From Candidatus Jordarchaeales archaeon (lineage in GTDB: Archaea > Asgardarchaeota > Jordiarchaeia > Jordiarchaeales > Freyrarchaeaceae), in NCBI GenBank assembly GCA_038889235.1, contig JAWAHN010000003.1, positions 193,673-257,672 on the forward strand: 64,000 bases of DNA. Direction: 5' to 3'. The notes under the pieces are model-generated. The model was not told the origin of the DNA and searched no databases. It saw only the letters and a program-made list of their open reading frames with translations. This document shows positions 30,050-40,500 of this stretch, in pieces. Each line of letters starts with the position of its first letter. The stretch's first letter is position 1. Both the position numbers and the translations under genes were made by a program.

Positions 30050-33000
30050 TTGCGAGAAGCACATCTGGGTGGTCTAATGGCTGACGGGGTGTTTGCCGGG
30101 CTTTGTCCTTCGTGTGGAGGGGATTTAACGCTCGACGAGGTTGAGTTAATGACGTGCAAGAATACGGGTGCCCGACTATGCATGTTCGACATAGACCAGG
30201 AGTTCAAAGAGTTCCTCGAGTTCTTCAGGGTTGCTGTCGGCGCCAATCCCCGCGCTTTTCAAAGGCTGTGGGCTAGACGTATTTTGAGGGGGGAGAGCTT
30301 CGCCGCTGTAGCTCCAACCGGAACCGGTAAGACCTCCTTCGGCGCGGCTATGGCCCTATTCTTAGCGGGAAGGGGGCTTAAATCGTATTTGATAGTTCCA
30401 ACCACGCTTCTCGTGAGACAGGTTGTAGAAACTCTTAACGAGTTTATGGAGAGAACGGGCGTTAAGGTGGACTTGATATGGTACCACTCCGGGTTGAGGG
30501 GGGAGGAGAAGGAGAGGTTCTTCAGGTCACTCTCAGAAGGGGGCTTCCAGATACTTGTGACCACATCCCAATTTCTTTCAGCCCACTTTAGTAAACTCAA
30601 GGGGAACGTGTTCAACTTTCTTTTCGTCGACGACGTCGACTCCGTCCTTAAGGCTTCGAGGAACGTTGAACGCCTCCTCACGCTCCTAGGCTTCGAGGTG
30701 GTTAACGGCAGATGGATGGGTGAGCCCGCCGGAGTCTTAATGGTTTCAACGGCGACCGCGAAAACTGGTGGTAAAGTTGTGCTTTTCAAGAAGTTGCTAG
30801 ACTTCGACGTAGGTAGCTCGAGCTTCGAGGTAAGGAACATAGAGGACGTGTACTTTGGCAGGAAGAGCCTGGATAACTTATTGAGTACTGTGAAGTTGAT
30901 GGGCGGAGGAGGGATAGTCTACTGTTCATCTTCTGAGGAGGCAGAGCACGTCATGGAGTTCCTAAACGCTAACGGCATCAGGGCTGGTTTCGTCGGAGTT
31001 AGGAGCAAAAAAGACTTCGACGAGTTCTGCCGCGGCGAGCTCGACGTGCTGGTTGGGGCAGCGTACTACTACGGGCTCCTGGTTAGGGGCTTAAATCTCC
31101 CGGAGAGGGTTAGGTACACGGTGTTCTACGGGGCCCCCTTCTTCCGCGTCAGACTAGTAGACTTAGACTCTGCTTCGACGAGGTTACTTAGAGTTCTTGC
31201 CGGAATATTCAAGGACGATGAACGGTTGAAGCCTTACATTGCAAACGTGGAGAAGTACGCGGAGAAAGTGCGCACCATACTCAAGGAAAACTTTCCAGAG
31301 ATGAAGCCGAGCGTTGACGACGTCGTGGTTAGGGAGAACGAAATCCTCCTTCCGGACGTGAGGACGTACATTCAGGGGTCTGGGAGAGCTTCCCGCCTCC
31401 ACGCCGGGGGGATAACGAAGGGTGTATCCATACTGCTCGAGGATGAAAAGCTCGCCGGCGCCTTCATCAAGAGGGCAAGCTACTACGATATCGAGTTCAA
31501 GGGGAAGGATGAGGTCGACTTTGAAAGGTTGAAGGAGGAAGTTGACCGCTCGAGGAGAGAAGTAAGAGTGTCTGAAGTAGAGCTGGTGAGACCCGCCCTC
31601 TTCATAGTTGAGAGCCCGACTAAGGCGAGACAAATAGCACGGTTCTTCGGGCAGCCGAGCATGAAGGTTTTCAGGGACAAGAACGGCGAAGTGGTTCTTA
31701 TCGCCTACGAAGTAGCCACCGGGAAGTACGTAATGACCGTGACCGCCTCCCTGGGGCACATAGTCGACCTGGTTAGGGATAGAGGGTTTTTCGGCGTGCT
31801 CGTCGAGGAAAATCACAGGTATATCCCAGTTTACGGTGCAATCAAGAGGTGCAGGGGTTGCGGTTACCAGTACGTTGGGGAAGGCGTCTGTCCAAGGTGC
31901 GAGGGAAGGGACGTCGGAGCCCCTATTGACTCTAAGTCGAGGATAGAGGTCCTCAGGAGGCTTGCAAAGGATGTTGAGCTAGTCATAGTGGGCACAGACC
32001 CCGACGCTGAAGGAGAGAAAATAGCATGGGACCTAAAGGTCCTCCTCAAGCCGTGCGCGAGGGAAATTAAGAGAGCTGAGTTCCACGAGGTCACGAAGAA
32101 AGCGGTGATTCAAGCACTAAACCAGCTTAGGGATGTGGATGAGAAGCTTGTGGAGGCTCAGATAGTCAGGAGAGTGGAGGACAGGTGGGATGGCTTCTCC
32201 CTCAGCAGAAAACTGTGGGATCGTTTCAGGGACTACAATCTTTCTGCTGGAAGAGTACAGTCGCCAGTCCTAGGCTGGATAATAAAGAGGGCTGAGGAAA
32301 GCAGGAAGAAGAGGCCTGTAACCATTGTGGACGAGCTATCACTGGTCATAGACGGGCTGGCGAGCAGAGAACCCATGCTCGAGATAAAGCTCTTGGAGAG
32401 GAGGGTTGAAAAACAGACTCCACCGCCGCCATACACAACCGACATGCTTCTTAGGGACGCGAACGCCATTCTAAAAATCCCAGTTGACAGGACCATGCAA
32501 CTCGCGCAGGACCTCTTCGAGAACGGCTTGATAACTTACCACAGGACTGATAGCACTAGGGTGAGTGAGAGGGGGCTTGCCGTCGCGAAAGAGTACCTAA
32601 AGGAGGAGTTCACGCCGAGAACGTGGGAGGCTGAAGGAGCACATGAGGCGATAAGGCCGACTAGGCCGCTTGACAGAGTGAGCCTCGTGCGGCTCATCGA
32701 GGAAGGAGTCATAGGGCTGTCCATGGAGCTCACCCCAAGCCACCTCGCACTGTACGACCTCATATTCAGGCGGTTCATGGCTTCGCAGTGCCCACCTGTC
32801 AAAGTGGTCAAGGATGTTTACAGGGTTGTCGCCGACGGTGTTGAAACCACAGAGGTCAGAGTGATCGAAGCCGAGGGTAAAGCATACCAGCTCTACAAAT
32901 ACATGCTACCCCCGATCAAGCCCCCGCTGCCTGAAGGCATGCGGAAGGTTAAAGCGAGAGTGCTACGCCTGCCAAAAGAACCATTGTACACGCAGTCAGA

Positions 33001-33337
33001 TGTCATCAGGCTAATGAAAGAGAAAGGGATAGGTAGACCGTCAACGTACGCCACCATAATCCAAAAGCTCCTCATAAGGGAGTACGTTAGAGAGGTTAAG
33101 AAGGGGAAGCTTATACCCACGGAAAGGGGTGTGGAAGTGTATAACTACCTCAACCAGCACTACGGGAAGTTCATTTCGGAGGAGCGGACGAGGCAGCTTG
33201 AGGAGAAGATGAGCATGATAGAAAAAGGTCTGCTCAACTACCAGGAGGCGCTGGACGAGATATACCACGAAGTGAGGAGCCAGATACTCCCGGTAGGAGA
33301 GGAAGCACGAATACCAACATCTACCTCGCCAGAGTAG
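30050..33337 (+). CDS. rgy: reverse gyrase
   Basis: 1095 aa; N-terminal Zn finger CPSCGGDL, helicase-like APTGTGKT/FVDDVD, C-terminal type IA topoisomerase region; hallmark of hyperthermophiles. Confidence 0.9.
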   Translation: MREAHLGGLMADGVFAGLCPSCGGDLTLDEVELMTCKNTGARLCMFDIDQEFKEFLEFFRVAVGANPRAFQRLWARRILRGESFAAVAPTGTGKTSFGAAMALFLAGRGLKSYLIVPTTLLVRQVVETLNEFMERTGVKVDLIWYHSGLRGEEKERFFRSLSEGGFQILVTTSQFLSAHFSKLKGNVFNFLFVDDVDSVLKASRNVERLLTLLGFEVVNGRWMGEPAGVLMVSTATAKTGGKVVLFKKLLDFDVGSSSFEVRNIEDVYFGRKSLDNLLSTVKLMGGGGIVYCSSSEEAEHVMEFLNANGIRAGFVGVRSKKDFDEFCRGELDVLVGAAYYYGLLVRGLNLPERVRYTVFYGAPFFRVRLVDLDSASTRLLRVLAGIFKDDERLKPYIANVEKYAEKVRTILKENFPEMKPSVDDVVVRENEILLPDVRTYIQGSGRASRLHAGGITKGVSILLEDEKLAGAFIKRASYYDIEFKGKDEVDFERLKEEVDRSRREVRVSEVELVRPALFIVESPTKARQIARFFGQPSMKVFRDKNGEVVLIAYEVATGKYVMTVTASLGHIVDLVRDRGFFGVLVEENHRYIPVYGAIKRCRGCGYQYVGEGVCPRCEGRDVGAPIDSKSRIEVLRRLAKDVELVIVGTDPDAEGEKIAWDLKVLLKPCAREIKRAEFHEVTKKAVIQALNQLRDVDEKLVEAQIVRRVEDRWDGFSLSRKLWDRFRDYNLSAGRVQSPVLGWIIKRAEESRKKRPVTIVDELSLVIDGLASREPMLEIKLLERRVEKQTPPPPYTTDMLLRDANAILKIPVDRTMQLAQDLFENGLITYHRTDSTRVSERGLAVAKEYLKEEFTPRTWEAEGAHEAIRPTRPLDRVSLVRLIEEGVIGLSMELTPSHLALYDLIFRRFMASQCPPVKVVKDVYRVVADGVETTEVRVIEAEGKAYQLYKYMLPPIKPPLPEGMRKVKARVLRLPKEPLYTQSDVIRLMKEKGIGRPSTYATIIQKLLIREYVREVKKGKLIPTERGVEVYNYLNQHYGKFISEERTRQLEEKMSMIEKGLLNYQEALDEIYHEVRSQILPVGEEARIPTSTSPE

Positions 33338-33357
33338 CGAGGCAACTGTTTAGAATT

Positions 33358-34668
33358 TCACGGGGCGAGGATACGGCAGCTCCTTAGTCTCAGGTGCGGT
33401 CCCCCTTCACCCACGTTGAAACCTTTCTCTATGTCTGGCCTAACCCTGAAATCTCTTCCTATAGCGTCGACGCTCGCTAGGAGGTGGGGCAACAACCCGG
33501 CAACCCTCACTCCCGCCACCGACCTAACTTCTTCTCCCTTCTCAACGAGGTAGGCGACTTCCGGCGTGAGAAAGAAGACGCCACTGGATGGAGCCACCCG
33601 GCTCTCAGAGAAAGCCCTAACGTAGATCCCTTCCTTCGTCTCTTCAACTATCTCCCTAGGCTTCCAGTCAAGTGGTTCAAAGTAAATGTTGCTCATCATG
33701 GGTCTAGGTTTGTGGTCTACACCACGCGCGTTTCCAGCCTCGCTCCCACTTGGAGCTGAGAGACGCGTATGGAGGAGGCGCACAACCCCCTTTGCGAGCA
33801 GAGTTTTCCTCCTAGCTGCAACTCCTTCGTCGTCCCATCGGAATGAGCCGTAGCCGTGTTCAAGGGAGGGGTCGTCGACCAACATTAAGCCGTCCGGGAG
33901 ACTGACTGACTTAAATGGCTCTCCAGTACATATGTCTCCTTCAAGCATATGGGCGGCCTCGTGGGCCAGTCCGCCTACGGCTTCACAGTCGAGTATAACG
34001 GTCTGCTTCCTCCACCTGAATGTGGGGGGGAGAGGTTTTGCGTCAGCTGAGTCCAGAGCCCTTGTGACAAAGTCCTCCATGAGACTCCTCCACTCAGCCA
34101 CCGTCTCCAGCCCGCCTCTCCCCCCAACGCATAGGCTCGAGAACCCTTCCCTTAAACCCCTCACAACGAGGTATGCTACCAGGTCTGTTAGTGGGGTAAC
34201 CTCTCTAACCCTAGCCCCCTCCGAGGTGATCAAGGTGCTGTCGGTGATTGTGAAAGACGCCACGACCTCAAGTCTGAACTTCCTGTTTCCGAGAAGGTCG
34301 TAAACCATGCCGCTCAGCTCTGATACTAATTCTTTCACGCGTTCTGGCTCGAACTCCTCTTGGACACTCCACTTCTTCTCGCCAACCTCCACTTCAACCT
34401 CCGCTAGCTTGAAATCTCCCTCAGCCATCATAGCCTGCCTCAAAGCTCTTTCACCTATTTCCCTCCCGTCCACGGCGCTGTTCAGGTCCAGACAGGCGAC
34501 ACCATAACCTCTAGCTATACACCTACAGACGATCCTGCTGATCTTCGACTCGGAATACTCTGCGGAGTCACCCCTGAAAGCGACACGGGTACACCGCTCT
34601 TCCAAAACCCTGACATCGGCGTACCTTGCAGCTGAAAGAGCTTTGAGAGCTTCTTCAGCAACCCCCAT
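33358..34668 (-). CDS. TldD/PmbA family metallopeptidase
   Basis: 436 aa; HEAAHMLEGD (HExxxH) motif and overall length. Confidence 0.65.
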   Translation of the reverse strand: MGVAEEALKALSAARYADVRVLEERCTRVAFRGDSAEYSESKISRIVCRCIARGYGVACLDLNSAVDGREIGERALRQAMMAEGDFKLAEVEVEVGEKKWSVQEEFEPERVKELVSELSGMVYDLLGNRKFRLEVVASFTITDSTLITSEGARVREVTPLTDLVAYLVVRGLREGFSSLCVGGRGGLETVAEWRSLMEDFVTRALDSADAKPLPPTFRWRKQTVILDCEAVGGLAHEAAHMLEGDICTGEPFKSVSLPDGLMLVDDPSLEHGYGSFRWDDEGVAARRKTLLAKGVVRLLHTRLSAPSGSEAGNARGVDHKPRPMMSNIYFEPLDWKPREIVEETKEGIYVRAFSESRVAPSSGVFFLTPEVAYLVEKGEEVRSVAGVRVAGLLPHLLASVDAIGRDFRVRPDIEKGFNVGEGGPHLRLRSCRILAP

Positions 34669-34780
34669 GCGGGCGCAAACCCCTGAAAACTAAAGGTGTA
34701 AGGATGTCTTAAAAGCGTCGCCTGCGAAAGAAAAAATCTTTTTAGAAGCATCGAACCGGTAGTTTGGTGGAGGGACTTCT

Positions 34781-35311
34781 TTGAGCAACGGGAAGGAGGC
34801 TTTAAAGAAGCTTATTCTTGAAAAAGGCGTCGTCAGAGGGAGACCGATTTTCATCTCAAGCACTAGGATGAGCACCTTTTACTTTAACCTGAGACCCATA
34901 CTCTTCAGCTACGAGGGAAGCCGGCTGGTCGCCGCAGTACTCCTTCCAATGATTAAGGAGCTAGAAGTCGACTGCATCGGGGGAGTGGAGGACAGCTCTG
35001 TCCCAATAGTTATGGCTCTATGCGTCCTCAACGGTTACAACGGCTTCTACGTGAGAGAGAAAGCCAAAAAGTACGGTCTCCAGGAGCAGATAGAAGGAAA
35101 CCTTGGCAAGAAAGCCGTCCTAGTCGACGACGTCGCCACAAGCGGGCTCACACTTCTAAACGTTGCACGGATAGTAAGAGCGAGGGGTTGCGAGGTAAAA
35201 CACGCCGTCGTGATAGTCGACATGTTGGAGGGCGCCAAGGAAAAGCTCGCCTCTGAGGGAATAAGTCTCAGGTCGGTTTTCACAAGGGAAGACTTCAAAG
35301 AAATCAAGTAG
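34781..35311 (+). CDS. phosphoribosyltransferase, orotate PRTase-like
   Basis: PRPP-binding motif VLVDDVATSGLTL; about 176 aa; N-terminal SxxxSxxYxNLR pattern. Confidence 0.5.
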   Translation: MSNGKEALKKLILEKGVVRGRPIFISSTRMSTFYFNLRPILFSYEGSRLVAAVLLPMIKELEVDCIGGVEDSSVPIVMALCVLNGYNGFYVREKAKKYGLQEQIEGNLGKKAVLVDDVATSGLTLLNVARIVRARGCEVKHAVVIVDMLEGAKEKLASEGISLRSVFTREDFKEIK

Positions 35312-35387
35312 AGCCAGATGGGTGTGCTGAAACCCTGGAAGGGCGATCTTTCACAGCCAGCACCTGCACTAGTACAATGAAAAGAGG

Positions 35388-36143
35388 TTACGTGGAGGAG
35401 AGGACGGGTTGCCTCTGTCCGGCAAGCTCGCGGAGAAGCCTCAGTACAGCCAGCCCGCTCCTCGTAAGCACATACCTCCCCCTAGGTTTTTCTTGTACTA
35501 CGAAGCCCGCTTCAACAAGCTTGCTGAGGTGAAACTGCAAGTGGCCCCCCCTCATGCTTGTTGCCCGCTCAAGGTCTGCGAAACTTCTTCCTCCCCTTGA
35601 GAGAACTTTGAGAATCCTTATCCGCATAGGACTCGACAACGGGGGTAGTAGTTCTGCAATCTTGTCCTCCTCAACCTCGTCGAAGCCGCCAGGCTCCCCG
35701 AAGAGAAACTTCACGTTACTTACAGGCCGCCTCGATCGCTTGATGAGCTCCTCAACCGCCTTGAAAACCCTAGCAGCGTTTTTCAGGCACTTCTCATCTG
35801 GGCAGTCCTTAACGTGTTTCTCCAAAGCTTCAAGGTGCCTCTTGACTTCCACAAGCGCGTCCTCCACCCCCCTATCTGCAACCACTTGGAGCACTTTAAA
35901 CGCGGCTTTCTCCACCCTTCTAACGCAGAAGTCCCTTAGACTGCAAGTAGAGACCCCAGCCTTGAAAGCGCTCAAACCCTCATTTACCTCCAGAGATATC
36001 TGAGATAACAGCTCCCTCTCAGCCGCCCTCGCGCCAACCACTTCAAGCATAGCGGTAAGTTGGAGGAGGAGGTCGTGAATGGATCTAACATTCCTCAGTA
36101 ATTCATCTAGCTTTATGTTGAGCCCGTTGAGGAGAGACTCCAT
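35388..36143 (-). CDS. ArsR-type wHTH transcription regulator with N-terminal helical domain
   Basis: C-terminal RIRILKVLSRGGRSFADLERA...LQFHLSKLVEAGFV; longest ORF runs to 36272 but would overlap the divergent neighbour, so M44 (MESLLNG) is taken as the start. Confidence 0.5.
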   Translation of the reverse strand: MESLLNGLNIKLDELLRNVRSIHDLLLQLTAMLEVVGARAAERELLSQISLEVNEGLSAFKAGVSTCSLRDFCVRRVEKAAFKVLQVVADRGVEDALVEVKRHLEALEKHVKDCPDEKCLKNAARVFKAVEELIKRSRRPVSNVKFLFGEPGGFDEVEEDKIAELLPPLSSPMRIRILKVLSRGGRSFADLERATSMRGGHLQFHLSKLVEAGFVVQEKPRGRYVLTRSGLAVLRLLRELAGQRQPVLSST

Positions 36144-36261
36144 GCAGTGCACCTCCCCGGGTGTATGGCTAACGATAGGACACTGTACTATATAAAAGTG
36201 TAGTAAAAAGGATACTCTTATATAGAAGTGGGCGCTGTGCTTCGTGTAGTGCTTCCGACGG
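36144..36261. promoter_or_regulatory. divergent promoter region with TATA-like boxes between the ArsR-type regulator and the Fe-S/wHTH gene
   Basis: actatataaaagtg and cttatatagaag elements within 118 bp separating divergent starts. Confidence 0.3.
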
Positions 36262-37377
36262 GTGAGGTGCATGCACCACTCGCACCACTTGGAGGTTTAT
36301 GAGAAGCTGAGGGAGAAGCTCAACAAGGCTCCTATAGGAATGCCTAAAACTGTTAGCGGGGTGGAAAGAGAGATTCTCAGCGTCCTTTTCGACGAGGAGG
36401 AGGCACGGATCGCTGTTCACATGCCCTTCATACCTTTCACTGTTGAGCAGCTGGCGGAGAGGACGGGGAAGAGTGTTGAGTATTTGGAGAAGCTGCTGAA
36501 CGAGATGGCGAGGAAGGGGACTGTTTGGAAGGGTGAGAGAGACGGAAAGGTCCACTACAGGCTTTTCCCCGTTATAGTTGGGCTCTCGGAGATGCCCTTC
36601 CTTCCAGGTCCTGGCAACGACCCGCGTCAAGAGAAGCTTGCCCCACTCTATGCGAGGTATTGGAGAGAGGGATTTCTAGACGAGATTGGAGATAGGAAGT
36701 ATGCTGTGATGAGGGCGCTTCCCGAGAGGAGCGTGGTTAAAGAGGCTGAAATACTTCCGTACGATGATGCCGTGAAGCTTGTTAGGGAGCGTGACTTCCA
36801 CGCGGTCGGCTATTGCCCTTGCAGGATAGTTGCAAGGCTTAACGGGGAGGGGTGTAGGCGCTCCCTGGAGAACTGCCTCCACTTCGGGTCCCTAGCTAGG
36901 TACATGGTGGAGCACGGGTATGCAAGGAGGATAACGGCGGACGAGGCTATCGAAATTCTGAGGAGAGCGAACAGGGAGGGGCTGGTGCACACCACGGAGA
37001 GGAGTAAGGGGCCTATAAGCACAATTTGTAACTGTTGCAGTGACTGCTGCGTGTTTTTCAGGGCAATCCACGAGGCGAAGCATCCAAACACTATAGCGCA
37101 CTCGAGCTACGTTGCAAGCGTTGACCCGTCTAAGTGCATTGCCTGCGGTATTTGCGCGCTCCGCTGCCCTATGAAGGCTGTGAAAGTTAAGGTTAACAGG
37201 AAGCCTGCGAGCGTGAACGTGAAGAAATGCCTTGGATGCGGCGTGTGCGTGCCTACCTGCCCGGTTGAAGCCATAGAGCTTGTTGGAAGAGAAGAGCTCC
37301 CAGACGTACCCGACCATAAGACGTACCTGCTACAGCTACTCGAAGACAGGGGGAAAGACTTCTCATCTCTCCTCTGA
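36262..37377 (+). CDS. Fe-S cluster protein with N-terminal wHTH-like segment and C-terminal 4Fe-4S dicluster domain
   Basis: 371 aa; CNCCSDCC motif plus CIACGICALRCP and CLGCGVCVPTCP; paralogue of 14434..15264. Confidence 0.5.
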   Translation: MRCMHHSHHLEVYEKLREKLNKAPIGMPKTVSGVEREILSVLFDEEEARIAVHMPFIPFTVEQLAERTGKSVEYLEKLLNEMARKGTVWKGERDGKVHYRLFPVIVGLSEMPFLPGPGNDPRQEKLAPLYARYWREGFLDEIGDRKYAVMRALPERSVVKEAEILPYDDAVKLVRERDFHAVGYCPCRIVARLNGEGCRRSLENCLHFGSLARYMVEHGYARRITADEAIEILRRANREGLVHTTERSKGPISTICNCCSDCCVFFRAIHEAKHPNTIAHSSYVASVDPSKCIACGICALRCPMKAVKVKVNRKPASVNVKKCLGCGVCVPTCPVEAIELVGREELPDVPDHKTYLLQLLEDRGKDFSSLL

Positions 37378-37500
37378 GAGGCGACGACCAGTGAGAGAAA
37401 AAGCCTTACCGGTTTTTCTTTTTACAGTTTCACCAAGTTTTTTTATTTTTCAGCTCCCCAGTTTGCCCCGAACGGTTGAAAGGAGTTCTTCGTCCCCGTT

Positions 37501-40500
37501 TCACTTTATGGACGCCAGGTTCCCTATGAGAACCCATGGGAGCTCTTCCGGAGACTTTATGACTTTTAGTATGCTTGCAGCTGAGCACATTTCCTTGAGA
37601 TGTCTGGGTTCTCTGCCCATAGTTATGTAGACGACCCTTATACCCTTGCTCTCCGCTTCCTCTATTGCCACTTTCACGTCTGGTATAGCGTTCTCCTCTT
37701 GCTCGTAGCCTTCTGGTTCCCCGTCCGAGAACACGAACATTATCTTTGTTTTAGCCTCGCGTTTAAGGAGCTCCTCGTAAGAGTACCTTATCGGTGCCCC
37801 CATTCTCGTTAGCCCCCCACTTCTCACGGCTCCAACCCTTTCCTGGATGGTGGCTGTCCACGGCTCATCAAAGTCCTTTGCTATGTATATCCTAGCCTTT
37901 CTGCCCTCCGTGTTGAACGCGTATATCGCGAACTTGTCTCCTAAAGCGTTGCACGCGTCGCCGAAAAGTATCGCTGAGATCTTCAGGCTGTTTATTATCC
38001 TGCTCGTCGACCCACTTGCGTCTATTAAGAGGACTGCGGCGACGTCCCTCGAGTCCCTGTGAATTTTGTCGAATATCCTCTTCTCTCTGCGGTCACAGTG
38101 CGCGTCCACTATGCCGTCCATGTTGAGCTCGCTTCCATCCAGGACGCGCCTCTCCACCTTGAACTTTCTTGGAACTATCTTTTCGAGCTCGTTAATCAAC
38201 TGCTGCCTCACGTAAGAGTACTCGTACAGGGACGGGATCGGGGCGCCCTTCTGGATTCGTATCTCATCCACGTTTATCCAAAGTGAGTACGTCTTAAACT
38301 GCTCATCCCACTCTGGAACCTTCCTCATGCTGTGGGCTTCCTCAGCTTCCTCGATGGTCGTCTTGCACACCCTGGCTGTCAGCTGCTCAGCGTATTTCTC
38401 TTTCAGCTCTTGGAGCTTGTCTGTGCTAAACTCCTCGGATGGGATCACCGACTCCTGGTTCTCAGAAGACTCCATGTCGCTTTCAGCCTGCTCGCTTTCA
38501 GGCGGCTCGGGAATGTAGTCCTTTAGCAGCTCTACGAGTTTGAGAGAGGTTTCAACGGAGTCTAGTACTGTTCCACCCTTAACCCGCTCCGCTTCTTTCA
38601 CCGCCTGCTCAATGAGCTCACTGTACTTTTCCAATTCAATCTTTTCAAGCTCTATGTAGGCTTTCGCCCTTTGAACGGACCACCCTTTCTTCTCGAGCAA
38701 ATCCTGCTTCAGCAACTCTTCTAGGTGTTCGCCTTTAGTCTTGCCGTGAACTATCTTTTCCAGCACTAATTCTAGGAGTGGTGACGGGCTGCTCTGTATG
38801 GTCCTCTTCCTAAGGTTGAAGAGGTTAACCGTCCTGACAAGTGGTTCTAGCTCGCTAAACTCCCTGATCAGGTGGTCTTCGCACCTGGCGTCTTCAAGCG
38901 CCGTGAATATCACCGTGGCAAGCCACGAGTGACCAGTTTTCTTGAATTCCTCGTAAAGCTTTGAGAGTGGGATCGCGAAGCTCCCATACCTTATGTGGCT
39001 TACAGCGTGGAGTGCTCCGTAAAGGTAGAGGAGCATGTTTCTTTCCTTGTCGGGGAACTCGTTTATCACCGATGGTAGGTATATGTGCTTTCCGTCGCTT
39101 CTAGGCCCGTCCTTGCTTGGAACTATTGGTATAGAGCCGCATAGCGGCGTCAACCACGCCATGAGATCGCCTTTCACGTCGTTAAGGTGCAAGCCGCCCT
39201 TGAGCCAGCCCACTGGGTTGGCGAATATAGCGAGAAGCTCACTTTTGTCTAGGTCCGTGATTCTCTTTTCAAGCATCGATATGTAGAGTGACAGTAGGTC
39301 TGGCTCGTCGAACTGCTGCACGGAGGCGAGGAAGGCTTCGCCTAACCCTATCCCTTCAAGCAATTGGAATATTCCAGCAGCCTTCAAAACTTGTTTTACA
39401 CTTTTTATCGGGGCCTGAAGAAGGAAGTCCATGAGGGGCGGTCTCTTCTCTATTATTGACATTACGCTTTTCAGGTGTGTTATCCCTTCTCTCTTGTACT
39501 TGTCAATGAACTTCTTTATGGTCTGGTAGCCCATGCTGCTGAGGTTGCCGAGCCGCCCTATTAGTGAAACTATCTCCTTGCTTGTGACTTCATCTATCTC
39601 CTTGTTTGAAAGGATCTCTTCCAGTCTCTTCCTTACGCTGAAACGCTTATCGTCGCTCAGGACCTTTACTTCATATGTTATGGAGAGTATGTCGCTGCTT
39701 GTAATCTTCTTCAGCTTCGGGTTGGATATTATCTCGAGGATGGTGTTGTAGCCTGTGTCGTTGAGGTACTTGAGCTCCCATATGAGCTCTGCTAGGTCGT
39801 CTGGCTCCACTTGGACTATCTTCGGGTTTAGTATGACGTTTCTTATACGCTCCCTGAAGTCTAGGGGCTTAACGATGCGGTGCCTCCTCAGCCTGCTGGC
39901 TAAGGCGAGCAGGTGTTTCCCCTCTATCTTTGAGAGCACGTTGCTTTCAAGTATCTCTAGCAGTATCTCGTAGCCCTCATCTGTGAGCTCTTCGAACTTG
40001 TCGACGAACTCTAGCAGGTTGTTCTCGTTTCCTATTTCGACCTTGGGGTTACTCAGTATTCTGATGAGGATAGAGTAGTACTTGTCGCCGAGGCGGGAGA
40101 GCTGGCTTATGAGCTTGAGCAGCAACCCACCTTCGAGCGAAGCGACCTTGGAAGCTGAAAGCACCTCTTTAAGCCTGTGCATGACCAAGTTGAAGGTCTC
40201 ATTGCTCATGTCTCTTATCTCCGCTATTATCCAAGCAAGGTTGTTTCCACCTATCTCGGTCACGTGGTTTGACGAGAAAACTTCTAGAAGTCTCTTGTAC
40301 CTGTCCTCCCCCAACAGTTTTAGCCCCCTTATTAGCGAGGGAATGCTGTTCCCCTCGACTTTGTTGACGCTGTCTAGCAATAGCAGTTCGCTCAACCTCT
40401 TCTCCAGGACTTTGATCTCGCTGTCATCGAGCTGCGCGACTTCCGACACTAGGAGGGGGATACAATAACTGCTGATCTGGGTGAACTTACTCCTCGAGAG

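Noticed and set aside
31184-31816. 210-aa minus-strand ORF and other antisense ORFs within reverse gyrase
   Set aside because: They lie inside a confidently identified 1095-aa rgy gene and have no motifs; shadow ORFs.
36169-36630. 153-aa minus-strand ORF overlapping the start of the Fe-S/wHTH gene and the regulator's 5' extension
   Set aside because: It overlaps two better-supported divergent genes. The regulator start was instead moved to M44 to remove the impossible 5' overlap.
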